From NCBI GenBank assembly GCA_046597055.1, contig JBKJLC010000131.1:32252-96251 (forward strand): a stretch of 64,000 bases of DNA. The letters run 5' to 3'. Both the position numbers and the translations under genes were made by a program. Source of the stretch: Kofleriaceae bacterium (GTDB lineage Bacteria > Myxococcota_A > Polyangia > Haliangiales > Haliangiaceae). Positions 1-9,940 of the stretch are shown in pieces (positions within the stretch are counted from its first letter, which is position 1; each line of letters begins with the position of its first letter). The notes below the pieces were generated by a model. That model saw only the letters and a program-made list of their open reading frames with translations, searched no databases and had not been told where the DNA came from.

Positions 1-417
1 CTGATCGGCGGCATCGTGGCGGTGTCCGTGGGCGGGGGCGTCCTCAGCGTGGCCTCCCTGGTCGGGTTCATCACCCTGTTCGGGATCGCGACCCGGAACG
101 GGATCATGATGATCTCGCACTACGAGCACCTGCGGACGGTGGAGGGGGCCGGGTTCGACGACGCCGTCATCCGCGGCTCGCTGGAGCGGCTGTCGCCGGT
201 GCTGATGACGGCGCTGTGCGCCGGGCTGGCGTTGATCCCGCTCGTGCTGGCGGGCGGCGAGCCGGGCAACGAGCTCCAGGCGCCCATGGGCGTCGTGATC
301 CTCGGCGGGCTGCTGTCGTCAACGGCACTCAACATGCTGGTCGTCCCCGCCCTCTACGGCTGGCTGGCGCGCCCGCGCGATCCGATCGCCTCGTCGGCAC
401 CCGAGGCCCACGCGTGA
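1..417 (+). CDS. CusA/CzcA-family heavy-metal RND permease, C-terminal part (truncated by window edge)
   Basis: [57 protein letters not shown] are the RND C-terminal TM motifs; frame is open from base 1. Confidence 0.92.
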   Translation: MIGGIVAVSVGGGVLSVASLVGFITLFGIATRNGIMMISHYEHLRTVEGAGFDDAVIRGSLERLSPVLMTALCAGLALIPLVLAGGEPGNELQAPMGVVILGGLLSSTALNMLVVPALYGWLARPRDPIASSAPEAHA

Positions 418-421
418 GCCG

Positions 422-1474
422 GTGACCGGGCCCAACCCCATCACGCGCGGCGTCGTCCTCGCCGCGCTGGCGGCGCTCGCCTTTGGCGTCGCCACGCCCA
501 TCGTGGCGTGGGCCGGCCGCGGGGTCGGCGCGTTCACGACCGCCGCGCTGCTCTACGCTGGTGCGGCGGTGACCGCGCTGGTCCTGCGGCTGAGCGCGGG
601 CCGGTCCGACGCACGCCTGCGGCGAGCCGACCTGCCGCGGGTGCTCGCGGTGGCGCTGGCCGGTGGCGCGATCGCGCCAACCCTGCTGGCGTGGGGGCTT
701 CAGCGCTCGGGCGCCACGCTGGGCGCGCTGGTGCTGAACCTCGAAGCGGTGTTCACCGTGCTCCTGGCGCGCGCGGTCTATCGCGAGCCGATCGGAGCCC
801 GGGTCGCCGTGGCGGTGGTCGTGATGGCCGCCGGTGGCGCGGCCCTGACGCTCGATGCCTGGCGCGGCGCGAGCTGGGGCCTGCTGGGCCTCGCGGCCGT
901 CGGCGGCGCGACCGTGGCCTGGGCGCTCGACAACACGCTGACCCGACCGCTCGCCGAACGCGATCCTCTCGAGGTCGTCGCGGCCAAGGGCCTCGTCGGC
1001 GGCGCGATCACGCTCGTCGCCGCGATCATCGCGCATGACCCGATGCCCCGGACCAACGCGATCGTCGTGCTGCTCGTGTGCGGCGGGACCGGCTACGGCT
1101 TGAGTCTGCGTCTCTATCTGCTCGCGCAGCGACGCATCGGCGCTGGGCGGACCGGCTCCGTCTTCGCGCTGGCGCCGTTCGTCGGGGCGGCGCTCGCCTT
1201 CGCGTTCGGCGACCGGACCGGCGGCGCCTTCACGCTGCTCGCCGCCGCGCTCTTTGGCCTGGGCGTATTCCTGCATGTCACCGAGCGACACGTCCATGGA
1301 CATGCCCACCCGCCGCAAGTGCACGAACATCCGCATCGTCACGACGACGGGCATCACACCCATCGCCACGACCCGCCGGTGATCGGTGAGCACACCCACG
1401 ACCATGGCCATGAACCGGTCGAGCACGACCACGAGCACGCCCCCGACATCCACCACGGCCACGGGCACGACTGA
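422..1474 (+). CDS. DMT/EamA-family transporter with long His-rich C-terminal tail
   Basis: ~10 hydrophobic segments, LNLEAVFT, W.LDNTLTR; tail HVHGHAH...HEHPHRHDDGHHTHRH...HEHAPDIHHGHGH. Confidence 0.88.
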   Translation: MTGPNPITRGVVLAALAALAFGVATPIVAWAGRGVGAFTTAALLYAGAAVTALVLRLSAGRSDARLRRADLPRVLAVALAGGAIAPTLLAWGLQRSGATLGALVLNLEAVFTVLLARAVYREPIGARVAVAVVVMAAGGAALTLDAWRGASWGLLGLAAVGGATVAWALDNTLTRPLAERDPLEVVAAKGLVGGAITLVAAIIAHDPMPRTNAIVVLLVCGGTGYGLSLRLYLLAQRRIGAGRTGSVFALAPFVGAALAFAFGDRTGGAFTLLAAALFGLGVFLHVTERHVHGHAHPPQVHEHPHRHDDGHHTHRHDPPVIGEHTHDHGHEPVEHDHEHAPDIHHGHGHD

Positions 1475-1476
1475 AC

Positions 1477-1677
1477 TCACCGCGGCGGGTCGTCCGCCTC
1501 GATGATCAGCCTGAGGTCGGCTGGCCGCGGCATCGCCTGGGCGATCGGCGCGCGCGCCCGGCCGGTGTTGCCGACCGGGTAGCGGCCCAGCGCCGAACCC
1601 AACCCTGCGACGGCCAGGCGGACGACCTGGCCGATCAGCTCCCGGACGTGACCGGCCCGCTTGAACGAAGCGGTCAT
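1477..1677 (-). pseudogene. DUF3703-like gene, 3' remnant
   Basis: RELIGQVVRLAVAGLGSALGRYPVGNTGRA...MPRPADL resembles the DUF3703 C-terminal half; the N-terminal ERAH-containing half is missing. Confidence 0.65.
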
Positions 1678-1761
1678 CCGCGACGCTCGTCAGGCTCGCC
1701 CCAGACCGAGCCGACCACCACCAGGTGCGGCAGGATGCCGACGGGCTCAGAGATTCGAGGT

Positions 1762-1790
1762 TTGACGAACCCGTGCGTCGCGTCTACCCT
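1762..1790 (+). promoter_or_regulatory. sigma70-type promoter for a leaderless transcript
   Basis: TTGACG-17 nt-TACCCT, then 6 nt to ATG 1797; no SD. Confidence 0.7.
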
Positions 1791-1796
1791 GACCCC

Positions 1797-2129
1797 ATGT
1801 GGTCGCGGATCCTCGCGTTGATCCTGGTGCTGGCCTTGTGGCCGGCGCTGGGCGAGACCGTCGAGATCGCGATGCACCTCGCCCAGCACGGTGACCTCGC
1901 CCACGAGCCCACCGACCACCATGACGGCTCGCCCCTGGGCGCCGACGAGCACGGCTGTTCGGGGACGTTTCACCTGTGTGCGTCCGGGCACGTCAGCGCG
2001 CTGTCCGCACCACGGGTGACCGTGGTCGTGACCCGGCCGTCTCGCACGCCCGCGCCTGCCATCGCGGCCCCGCTCGACGAGCTCGGTCGCGACGCTCCCA
2101 TCCCGCCGATCCGTCCTCCGATCGCGTAG
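1797..2129 (+). CDS. Secreted leader protein with His/Cys cluster and C-terminal RPP motif (CzcI/DUF2946-like)
   Basis: Signal peptide MWSRILALILVLALWPALG; HLAQHGDLAH..DHH..EHGCSGTFHLC; ends PPIRPPIA; directly upstream of czcCBA. Confidence 0.75.
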   Translation: MWSRILALILVLALWPALGETVEIAMHLAQHGDLAHEPTDHHDGSPLGADEHGCSGTFHLCASGHVSALSAPRVTVVVTRPSRTPAPAIAAPLDELGRDAPIPPIRPPIA

Positions 2130-2219
2130 CGGTTTGCTCGCGTGCCCGGGCTTGCCTGGGCTCACCCGATCGAACACCTCGTGGGCACCGCTTGAACGGC
2201 GGCGCCGCACCGGAGGACC

Positions 2220-3461
2220 ATGCGACGCCACGGCTGGATAGCTACGATCACGCTTCTTCTTGGGCTCGCCGCCGAGCGCGGCCATGCAGATCCGATCACC
2301 CTGGACCAGGCGGTTGCGCGCGCTGCGCGACGACCCGGGGTGTCGATGGCGGGCGAAGACGTCGCCGCCGCACGCGGGCTGGCCGCCAGCGCGCGGCAGC
2401 CGACATACAACCCCGAGCTCGGGGCCGCGGTCGGCCCTCGCTTCGTCGGCGGCACCACCGGCGTCGCGGTCGACGTCTCGCTGGCCCAGACGTTCGAGCT
2501 GGGCGGCAAGCGTGCGGCCCGCGCCGCGGTCGCCGATGCCCGCACACGCGCGGCGATGGCCGGGCTCGCGGTGGCGACCCGCGACGCGGAGCTCGCGACC
2601 CGCCGCACCTTCCAGCTCGCCCTGGTGGCGCGGGCCCGCCTCGACGCATCCCGACAGGCCGAGGAGCTCGCGACCCAGATGGCGACCGCGACTCGCGAAC
2701 GCCAGGAGCTCGGGGCCGGAACCCAGCTGCAGGTCAACCTCGCCACCGCGGAGGTCGGGCGGGCTCGCCATGACCGGGTCGACGCCGAGAACCTGTACGA
2801 GGCGGCCATCGCCATGCTGGCGGCCGCGGCCGGCGCCGGCCCCGACGAGCGGCTCGAGCCTGCCGGCGAGCTCGGGGCCCTTCCGGAATCGCCGTGGACC
2901 AGGTCGGAGCTGGTCCGACGCGCGCTCGAACGCCGCCCCGAGCTCGTCCAGACCCGGTCGGAGCGCGAGGCCGCCAGCGCCGAGGTGAAGCTAGCTGACG
3001 CGCTGGCGCGCCCGGATCTGACGCTGGGTGTCTCGTACGGCTTCGAGCAGGACACCGACGTCACCGCCCAGACGGTGCGGGTCTCGGCCTCGATCCCCCT
3101 GCCGTTCCGCAACCGGAACCAGGGTAACCGCACCGCGAGCCGGGCCCGATTGCGGCGCGCCCAGCTCGATGAAGGTCGCCAGCGCACCGCGATCGTTCGC
3201 GAGGCGCACCTGAGCCTGCAGAGCTACGCCCGCGCCCGTGAGGGCGTGCTCGGCTTCGATCGCGAGATCAACGAGCGCCTGTTCGAGAACCTCGAGCTGG
3301 CACGGCAGTCGTTCGAGAGCGGCAAGATCGATTACTTCGAATTCAACGTGGTGCGCCGCGAGCTGATCGCGAGCCGGACCGCATACCTCGACGCCGTCAC
3401 CGAGGCTGTCGATGCCTGGCACGCGCTCGTGCGCGCCGCCGGCGAGGAACCGACCCGATGA
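2220..3461 (+). CDS. czcC: TolC/CzcC-family outer membrane efflux factor
   Basis: Signal peptide, YNPEL, Q.FELGGKR, ASIPLPFRNRNQG, FESGKIDY; SD GGAGGA. Confidence 0.9.
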   Translation: MRRHGWIATITLLLGLAAERGHADPITLDQAVARAARRPGVSMAGEDVAAARGLAASARQPTYNPELGAAVGPRFVGGTTGVAVDVSLAQTFELGGKRAARAAVADARTRAAMAGLAVATRDAELATRRTFQLALVARARLDASRQAEELATQMATATRERQELGAGTQLQVNLATAEVGRARHDRVDAENLYEAAIAMLAAAAGAGPDERLEPAGELGALPESPWTRSELVRRALERRPELVQTRSEREAASAEVKLADALARPDLTLGVSYGFEQDTDVTAQTVRVSASIPLPFRNRNQGNRTASRARLRRAQLDEGRQRTAIVREAHLSLQSYARAREGVLGFDREINERLFENLELARQSFESGKIDYFEFNVVRRELIASRTAYLDAVTEAVDAWHALVRAAGEEPTR

Positions 3462-4708
3462 GCGTATTCGCGCGCACCATCACCGCGGTGACGCTCGCGC
3501 TGGCCGCGGCAGCCTGCGGCAAGAGCGAGCCCGCCAAGCCCGCAGCCGAGGAGGGCCACGACGAGAAGGCCCACGACGAGAAGGCCCACGACGACCGCAA
3601 AGGTGAGCACGCTGGCGAGGAGGCCGGCGAGGGCGACGAGGAGGGCATGGTGACCCTCACCCCCGAGCAGATGGCCAGCGCCAAGATCACGGTGGCGAAC
3701 CTCGAGAAGCGGGCGGTCGCATCCGAGATCACCGCGACCGGTGAGCTGGCACCGCCCGACGACGGGCTCGCCCGGCTGGGTGCGAAGCTGTCCGGCCGGG
3801 TCACGAAGCTCAACGCGGGCGTCGGTGACCAGGTCAAGGCCGGTCAGGTCCTCGGCATCATCGACTCCCCCGAGCTCGGGCGCGCGAAGGCCGACTACAT
3901 CGCGGCCGCCGCGAGCGCTGCGGTGGCGCGCGAGACCGCGGATCGGGAGAAGGCGCTGTGGGAGAAGAAGATCTCGGCGGAGCGCGACTATCGCGTCGCC
4001 CAGGCCGAGGCAACCAAGACCCGGGCTGAAAAAGAAGCGGCCGAGGTTCGACTTCACACGCTCGGCCTGTCCGACGCGCAGCTCAAGCGGCTCACCGCCG
4101 ACCAGCATCATGGGTCGTCCGTGACGCTGATCGCGCCGATCGCCGGCGTCGTCGTCGAGCGGCCCGTGACCCTCGGTCAGATGATCGATCCGAGCGTCAC
4201 GACCTTCGTGATCATGGACCTGCGCAAGGTCTGGATCCAGGTCGACATCTACGAACGCGATCTCGCGCAGATCAAGCCGGGGGCCAAGGTCGAGGCGCGG
4301 GTCAAGGCCTGGGCCGATCGCGTCTTCGTCGGGACCATCGACTCGATCGGCGCGATCGTCGAGTCGCGCACCCGTACGATCAAGGTGCGGGTCGCGGTCG
4401 ACAACGCGGACGGGGCCCTCAAGCCGGGGATGTTCGCGACCGTGAAGCTGGCCGGGAGCACCGGCGAGGCCCGGGACGGGCTGTTCGTGCCAGCGACGGC
4501 GGTCCAGCGCGACGGTGAGCAGGCGATCGTGTTCGTGCCGGTCGGCGAGCGCGAGTTCCAGCTCCGCCCGATCGAGGTCGGGATCCGCACCAACGAATGG
4601 GTCGAGGTGACCAGGGGCCTGGCGCCCGGTGAACGGGTGGTGACCACCGGTTCGTTCCAGCTCAAGTCCGAGGCTCGCCGCGAGAGCTTCGGCGGGCACG
4701 AGCACTAG
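3458..4708 (+). CDS. czcB: CzcB-family RND membrane fusion protein with His/acidic N-terminus
   Basis: Lipobox LAAAAC; APIAGVVVER, TRTIKVR...LKPGMFA; HDEKA repeats. Confidence 0.92.
   Translation: MSVFARTITAVTLALAAAACGKSEPAKPAAEEGHDEKAHDEKAHDDRKGEHAGEEAGEGDEEGMVTLTPEQMASAKITVANLEKRAVASEITATGELAPPDDGLARLGAKLSGRVTKLNAGVGDQVKAGQVLGIIDSPELGRAKADYIAAAASAAVARETADREKALWEKKISAERDYRVAQAEATKTRAEKEAAEVRLHTLGLSDAQLKRLTADQHHGSSVTLIAPIAGVVVERPVTLGQMIDPSVTTFVIMDLRKVWIQVDIYERDLAQIKPGAKVEARVKAWADRVFVGTIDSIGAIVESRTRTIKVRVAVDNADGALKPGMFATVKLAGSTGEARDGLFVPATAVQRDGEQAIVFVPVGEREFQLRPIEVGIRTNEWVEVTRGLAPGERVVTTGSFQLKSEARRESFGGHEH
3553..3595 (+). repeat. 15-bp tandem repeat encoding HDEKA, about 3 copies
   Basis: ggcccacgacgagaa units. 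Confidence 0.8.
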
Positions 4709-4717
4709 GAGCCGACC

Positions 4718-7700
4718 ATGATCGAACGCTTGCTCGAGTGGTCGCTCAACAACCGGGTGATGGTCATCATCGCCTCGCTCTTGCTGGTGGTCGGCGGGTT
4801 GAACGCGATGTCGCGGCTGCCCATCGACGCCGTTCCCGACGTCACCAACGTCCAGGTCCAGATCCTCACCACCTCGCCCGCGCTCGGCCCCGAGGAGGTC
4901 GAGAAGTTCGTGACCACCCCGATCGAACAGGCGATGAGCGGATTGCCCGACCTGGTCGAGGTCCGGTCGACGTCTAAGTTCGGCCTGTCGGCGGTCACCG
5001 TCGTCTTCGAGGACGACACCGATATCTACTTCGCGCGTCAGCAGATCAGCGAGCGCCTGGGCGCCGCCAAGGAGGCGATCCCGCCGGGCTATGGCGAGCC
5101 CGAGATGGGGCCGGTCTCGACCGGCCTCGGCGAGATCTTCCAGTTCGAGGTCAAGGGCGAAGGCAAGACCGCGATGGAGCTCCGCACGATCCTCGAGTGG
5201 GAGATCGCGCCGCGCCTGCGGGCGGTGCCCGGCGTGGTCGAGGTCAACTCGTTCGGTGGGGAGCTCAAGACCTACGAGGTCCGGCTCCGTCCCGACGACC
5301 TGGCCCGGCTCGACGTGTCGCTCGCCCAGGTGGTCGAGGCGCTCGAGCGCAACAACGCCAACGCCGGCGGCGCCTACATCGAGCAGAACGCGGAGCAGTA
5401 CCTGGTGCGCGGCGAGGGCCTCATCACCTCGAAGGAGGACATCGGCGACATCGTCGTGTTCGCCGACGACGACGGCACGCCGGTGTACCTGCGTCACGTC
5501 GCGTCGGTCGAGCTGGCGGCCATGGTGCGCCAGGGCGCGGTCACCCGCGATGGTCGCGGCGAGGTCGTCACCGGGATCGTGATGATGCGCATGGGCGCGA
5601 ACTCGCGCCAGGTCGTCATGGACGTGAAGGACGCGATCGTGCGCATCGAACCGTCCCTCACCAAGCTCGGCGTCTCGATCGATCCCTTCTACGACCGCAC
5701 CGAGCTGATCCAGAAGACGATCTACACGGTCGCCAAGAGCCTGATCGAAGGCGGGCTCCTCGTGGTGGTCGTCCTGTTCCTGATGCTGCGGAACCTGCGG
5801 GCGGGCCTCCTGGTGTCGATGGTGATCCCGCTGTCGATGCTGGTCGCGTTCCTCGGCATGCGGCAGTTCGACGTCTCGGGCAACCTGATGTCGCTGGGGG
5901 CGATCGACTTCGGCCTGATCGTCGACGGAGCGGTCATCGTGATCGAGAACTCGGTCCGGCTGCTGGCCGAACGTTCGCACCAGCTGGGTCGACCGGTCAC
6001 CTCGGCCGAACGCACGGAGATCGTGCGCCAGGCCAGCCGCGAGGTGCTGCGGTCGGCGACCTTCGGCGTGTTCATCATCGCGATCGTCTACCTGCCGATC
6101 CTGTCGCTCACCGGCATCGAGGGCAAGATGTTCAAGCCCATGGCGCTGACGGTGCTGTTCGCGCTCGCGGGCGCCCTGGTGCTGGCGATGACCTTCATCC
6201 CGGCGGTCGCGTCGCTGCTGCTGCCGAAGCAGCTGTCCGAGAAGGAGAGCTTCATCGTCGCGGGCGTACGCCGCGTCTACGAGCCCGCGCTTCGGGCCGC
6301 GCTGCGGGCGCGCTGGGTCGTGGTCGGCGTGGCCACCGTGGTGCTGGTGGGCGCCGGCCTGGTGGCCACCCGACTCGGCTCCGAGTTCGTGCCCAAGCTC
6401 GACGAGGGCGCGATCGCCCTGCAGGCGATCCGGCTGCCGAGCGTCTCGCTCGAGGAGTCGGTGCGACAGACGACCGCGATGGAGAAGGTGTTGCAGCAGT
6501 TCCCGGAGGTGACCACCGTCATCTCGAAGACGGGGCGAGCCGAGATCGCGACCGATCCGATGGGTGTGGAGATCTCCGACATCTTCGTGATGCTCAAGCC
6601 CCACGACGAGTGGACGACCGCCGACACCCGCGAAGGCCTGGTCGCGAAGATGGAAGCCGCGCTGAAGCAGTCGATCCCCGGCCAGAACTTCAGCTTCTCG
6701 CAGCCGATCGAGCTCCGGGTCGCCGAGCTGATCTCGGGAGTCCGCTCCGACGTCGCCCTCAAGATCTATGGCGACGACATGGTCGCCCTCGAGCGGATCG
6801 CGCAGGAAGCGGTGTCGGTGCTGTCCAAGGTGCCGGGGGCTGCCGACGTGAAGGCCGAGCAGACCGCAGGGCTCCCGGTGCTGCGTGTCGTGATCGACCG
6901 GCGCGCGATCGCGCGCTTCGGGCTCAACGCAGCCGACGTCCTCGACGTGGTCTCGACCGTCGGCGGGCGCCAGGTTGGCGTCGTCCTCGAAGGCCAGCGT
7001 CGCTTCGACCTGACGGTCCGGTTCGAACCCAGCGTTCGCGACTCGGTGCACAAGGTCGCCGACCTCAAGGTGCGGGCCCCGTCAGGAGCGCTGGTCCGGC
7101 TCGACGAGCTGGCCGACATCCGCATCGAGGACGGCCCGGCGCAGATCAGCCACGAGATGGGCCGGCGCCGCGTGACGGTCGAGCTCAACGTGCGCGGCCG
7201 CGATCTGGGCGGGTTCGTCGCCGACGCGCGCGCCGCGCTCGACCGCTCGGGCGTGATCCCCGCCGGCTACTTCACCGACTGGGGTGGTCAGTTCGAGAAC
7301 TTGCAGGAGGCGACCCGACGTCTTGCGATCGTCGTGCCGCTCGCGCTGGCGCTCATCTTCGTGATGCTGTTCGCGGCCAATGGCTCGGCGAAGCTGGCGG
7401 CGATCATCTACCTGAACGTGCCGTTCGCCGTGACCGGTGGCCTGTTCGCGCTGGCGCTTCGCGGCTTGCCGCTCTCGATCTCCGCCGGCGTCGGCTTCAT
7501 CGCGCTGTTCGGGGTCGCCGTGCTCAACGGGCTGGTGCTCGTCAGTTACCTCGAGGAGCGGCGCCGCGGCGGGCTGCCGGCCGCAGCAGCGGCCTACGAG
7601 GGGGCACGGGTCCGGTTGCGGCCGGTGCTCATGACCGCGCTGGTCGCGTCGCTCGGCTTCATCCCGATGGCGGTCGCGTCCGGCGCGGGCGCCGAGGTGC

Positions 7701-7891
7701 AGAAGCCGCTGGCCACGGTGGTCATCGGTGGGCTGGTGACGTCGACCCTGCTGACGTTGCTGGTCCTCCCCACCATCTACGCCTGGCTCATGGCTCGGGC
7801 GGATCCCCCCCGTCCACTCGGATCGCTGGCAGCCCACCCGCCCGTGACGCCGTCCGAGCCGGTCGAGACCGAACCGACGGAGGTGCCGTGA
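4718..7891 (+). CDS. czcA: CzcA-family heavy-metal RND permease
   Basis: [48 protein letters not shown]; 1057 aa. Confidence 0.96.
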   Translation: MIERLLEWSLNNRVMVIIASLLLVVGGLNAMSRLPIDAVPDVTNVQVQILTTSPALGPEEVEKFVTTPIEQAMSGLPDLVEVRSTSKFGLSAVTVVFEDDTDIYFARQQISERLGAAKEAIPPGYGEPEMGPVSTGLGEIFQFEVKGEGKTAMELRTILEWEIAPRLRAVPGVVEVNSFGGELKTYEVRLRPDDLARLDVSLAQVVEALERNNANAGGAYIEQNAEQYLVRGEGLITSKEDIGDIVVFADDDGTPVYLRHVASVELAAMVRQGAVTRDGRGEVVTGIVMMRMGANSRQVVMDVKDAIVRIEPSLTKLGVSIDPFYDRTELIQKTIYTVAKSLIEGGLLVVVVLFLMLRNLRAGLLVSMVIPLSMLVAFLGMRQFDVSGNLMSLGAIDFGLIVDGAVIVIENSVRLLAERSHQLGRPVTSAERTEIVRQASREVLRSATFGVFIIAIVYLPILSLTGIEGKMFKPMALTVLFALAGALVLAMTFIPAVASLLLPKQLSEKESFIVAGVRRVYEPALRAALRARWVVVGVATVVLVGAGLVATRLGSEFVPKLDEGAIALQAIRLPSVSLEESVRQTTAMEKVLQQFPEVTTVISKTGRAEIATDPMGVEISDIFVMLKPHDEWTTADTREGLVAKMEAALKQSIPGQNFSFSQPIELRVAELISGVRSDVALKIYGDDMVALERIAQEAVSVLSKVPGAADVKAEQTAGLPVLRVVIDRRAIARFGLNAADVLDVVSTVGGRQVGVVLEGQRRFDLTVRFEPSVRDSVHKVADLKVRAPSGALVRLDELADIRIEDGPAQISHEMGRRRVTVELNVRGRDLGGFVADARAALDRSGVIPAGYFTDWGGQFENLQEATRRLAIVVPLALALIFVMLFAANGSAKLAAIIYLNVPFAVTGGLFALALRGLPLSISAGVGFIALFGVAVLNGLVLVSYLEERRRGGLPAAAAAYEGARVRLRPVLMTALVASLGFIPMAVASGAGAEVQKPLATVVIGGLVTSTLLTLLVLPTIYAWLMARADPPRPLGSLAAHPPVTPSEPVETEPTEVP

Positions 7892-8357
7892 TGGCGCAGG
7901 TCCCAGCAACATCGCTGGCCAGCTCGGGATCACCGAGGCGCGGGGCGATCTGCTGCCCGAGGACAAGGTCGCCGCGATCGCCGAGCTGGCGCGCTCGGCA
8001 GACGCGGTCGCGATGGTCGGCGACGGCGTCAATGACGCGCCCGCGATGGCCAAGGCCACGGTCGGGATCACGATGGGCGCCGGCGGCTCCGACGTCGCGA
8101 TGGAGACCGCAGATGTCGCGTTGATGGCCGACGATCTGCGGGCGCTACCGTTCGCGGTCGGCCTGAGCCGCGCCTGCCGGCGGATCATTCGTCAGAATCT
8201 GTGGGCCAGTCTTGGCATGGTCGGGTTTCTCATCCCGGCCACGCTGTTCGGGTTCGCCGGCATCGGCATCGCGGTGGCCCTCCACGAGGGCTCCACGCTG
8301 GTGGTGGTCGCCAACGCGCTGCGGTTGCTCGCCCACCGCGATCCACGCGCGAGCTGA
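7891..8357 (+). pseudogene. Heavy-metal P1B-type ATPase remnant (C-terminal ~150 aa only)
   Basis: From ~7911: LLPEDKV...[11 protein letters not shown]...[12 protein letters not shown]...IIRQNL...[16 protein letters not shown]. No DKTGT or CPC region; the ATG at 7891 coupled to czcA is out of frame. Confidence 0.85.
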
Positions 8358-8480
8358 TCCCGGTCAGCGCTCGCGGTCCCGCGGCCGGCGAAACCTCACC
8401 GGCGCGCACGGCGTGGTGACGCGGGCCGGTGAGCGCATGGTCGAGCGCGCTCGACCTGTCGGCAGGATCCGGAATCGTCC

Positions 8481-8524
8481 TTGACCGGGTGCCGCCGGTG
8501 CCGTATTCAAGAAATCAATTGAAT
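8481..8524 (+). promoter_or_regulatory. Promoter with ArsR-type operator
   Basis: TTGACC-17 nt-TATTCA; inverted repeat ATTCAA-N8-TTGAAT (8505-8524) overlaps the -10 and the start codon. Confidence 0.75.
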
Positions 8525-9209
8525 GCTGAGTAGCTCACCGCCCCATGCTGCCAAGCAGCGCATCTACGAGCAGTTCGCCCGTATCGCGAAGGCGCTGGCC
8601 TCCCCGGCCCGCCTCGAGCTGCTGGATCTCCTCGCCCAGGGCGAGCGCTCGGTCGACGCGCTCGCCCGCGCGACCGAGCTGTCGGTTGCCAACACGTCGC
8701 AGCACCTGCAGGTGCTTGCGGCCGCCCGCCTGACCGAGTCGCGCCGCGACGGTCAGCGCGTCGTCTACCGGGTCGCCGACGCCTCCGTCGAGACGCTGTG
8801 GCACGCGCTCCGCCACACCGCCGAGCGCCAGCTCGCCGAGCTCGACGGCGTGGCCCGTGACTACCTGATCGGGCGCGATGACTACCAGCCCATCGATCGC
8901 CAGGAGCTGGCCCGGCGCCTGCGCGCTGGCACGGTCACGCTGATCGACGTGCGCCCGGCGGAGGAGTACCAGCAGGCGCACATCGACGGCGCGATCTCGG
9001 TTCCGATCGACCAGCTACCGACGTGGGTCCGTACCGCCCCGAAGCGCCGCCAGGTGGTCGCGTACTGCCGAGGCCCGTACTGCGTGTACGCGCTGCAGGC
9101 GGTCGCCGCCCTTCGCAAGCGCGGCATCGCCGCCGTGCGTGCCGAGGACGGCGTGTCCGAGTGGCGCGCCGCCGGGCTTCCCATCGCCGCCGGGGCGGGC
9201 GCGCCATGA
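8523..9209 (+). CDS. ArsR/SmtB regulator fused to a rhodanese domain
   Basis: KALASPARLELLDLLAQGERSV...NTSQHL wHTH; IDVRP.EEY..AHIDGA; VAYCRGPYCVYA. Confidence 0.93.
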   Translation: MLSSSPPHAAKQRIYEQFARIAKALASPARLELLDLLAQGERSVDALARATELSVANTSQHLQVLAAARLTESRRDGQRVVYRVADASVETLWHALRHTAERQLAELDGVARDYLIGRDDYQPIDRQELARRLRAGTVTLIDVRPAEEYQQAHIDGAISVPIDQLPTWVRTAPKRRQVVAYCRGPYCVYALQAVAALRKRGIAAVRAEDGVSEWRAAGLPIAAGAGAP

Positions 9210-9940
9210 TCTTTCGACCGTTCTATCGCTTCGAGACCGGATGTGCCGCGTACGTCTTCGGCTGCGGCGGCCAGGGCCTGGCGTGCGTGGTGGACCCGCA
9301 GGAGTCCGAGGTCGAGGCGTACGTCGCGTTCGCCGCGTCCAAGGGCATGCGCATCACGCACGTCTTCGACACCCACGTGCACGCCGACCATCGGTCGGGC
9401 GGTCGGGCGTTGGCCGCGCGCACCGGCGCCACCTACGGCCTGCACCGCAGCGCCGACGTGGCCTACCCGTTCGAGCCGCTCGACGACGGCCAGGTGATCG
9501 CGCTCGGCAACACGATCGTCAGCGTCCTGCACACGCCGGGGCACACCGCCGAGAGCATCTGCCTGGTCGTCAGCGATCTCCGCCGAGGCCCGTCGCCGTG
9601 GTTCGTGTGCACAGGCGACACGTTGTTCGTCGGTGCGGTGGGCCGTCCCGATCTGCCGGGACACGAGCGCGAGAACGCGGCGACGCTCCATCGGAGCATC
9701 CGCGATCGGCTGCTCGTCCTCGGCGACGAGGTCGAGATCTACCCGGCGCACTTTGCGGGCTCGGCGTGCGGCGCGGGGATGAGCGGCAAGCCGAGCAGCA
9801 CGATCGCCTTCGAGCGGCGCTGGAACCCGCTGCTCGGCCTCGACGAGTCCGCGTTCATCGACGAGCTCGCGACCACCGTCGCGCCCAAGCCGGCCGAGAT
9901 GGCGGCGATCCTGCTCGCGAATCGTGGCAAGGCACCATGA
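9206..9940 (+). CDS. MBL-fold hydrolase (persulfide dioxygenase-like)
   Basis: THVHADH, HTPGHT, GDTLFVGAVGRPDL, YPAHFAGSACG; ATGA overlap with the upstream gene. Confidence 0.9.
   Translation: MIFRPFYRFETGCAAYVFGCGGQGLACVVDPQESEVEAYVAFAASKGMRITHVFDTHVHADHRSGGRALAARTGATYGLHRSADVAYPFEPLDDGQVIALGNTIVSVLHTPGHTAESICLVVSDLRRGPSPWFVCTGDTLFVGAVGRPDLPGHERENAATLHRSIRDRLLVLGDEVEIYPAHFAGSACGAGMSGKPSSTIAFERRWNPLLGLDESAFIDELATTVAPKPAEMAAILLANRGKAP

Noticed and set aside
3332..7051. Very long antisense and alternative-frame ORFs (e.g. 3332-7051, 13339-15945, 19841-22831, 41707-45096)
   Set aside because: Shadow ORFs expected from high-GC codon bias opposite clear genes; no recognisable motifs.
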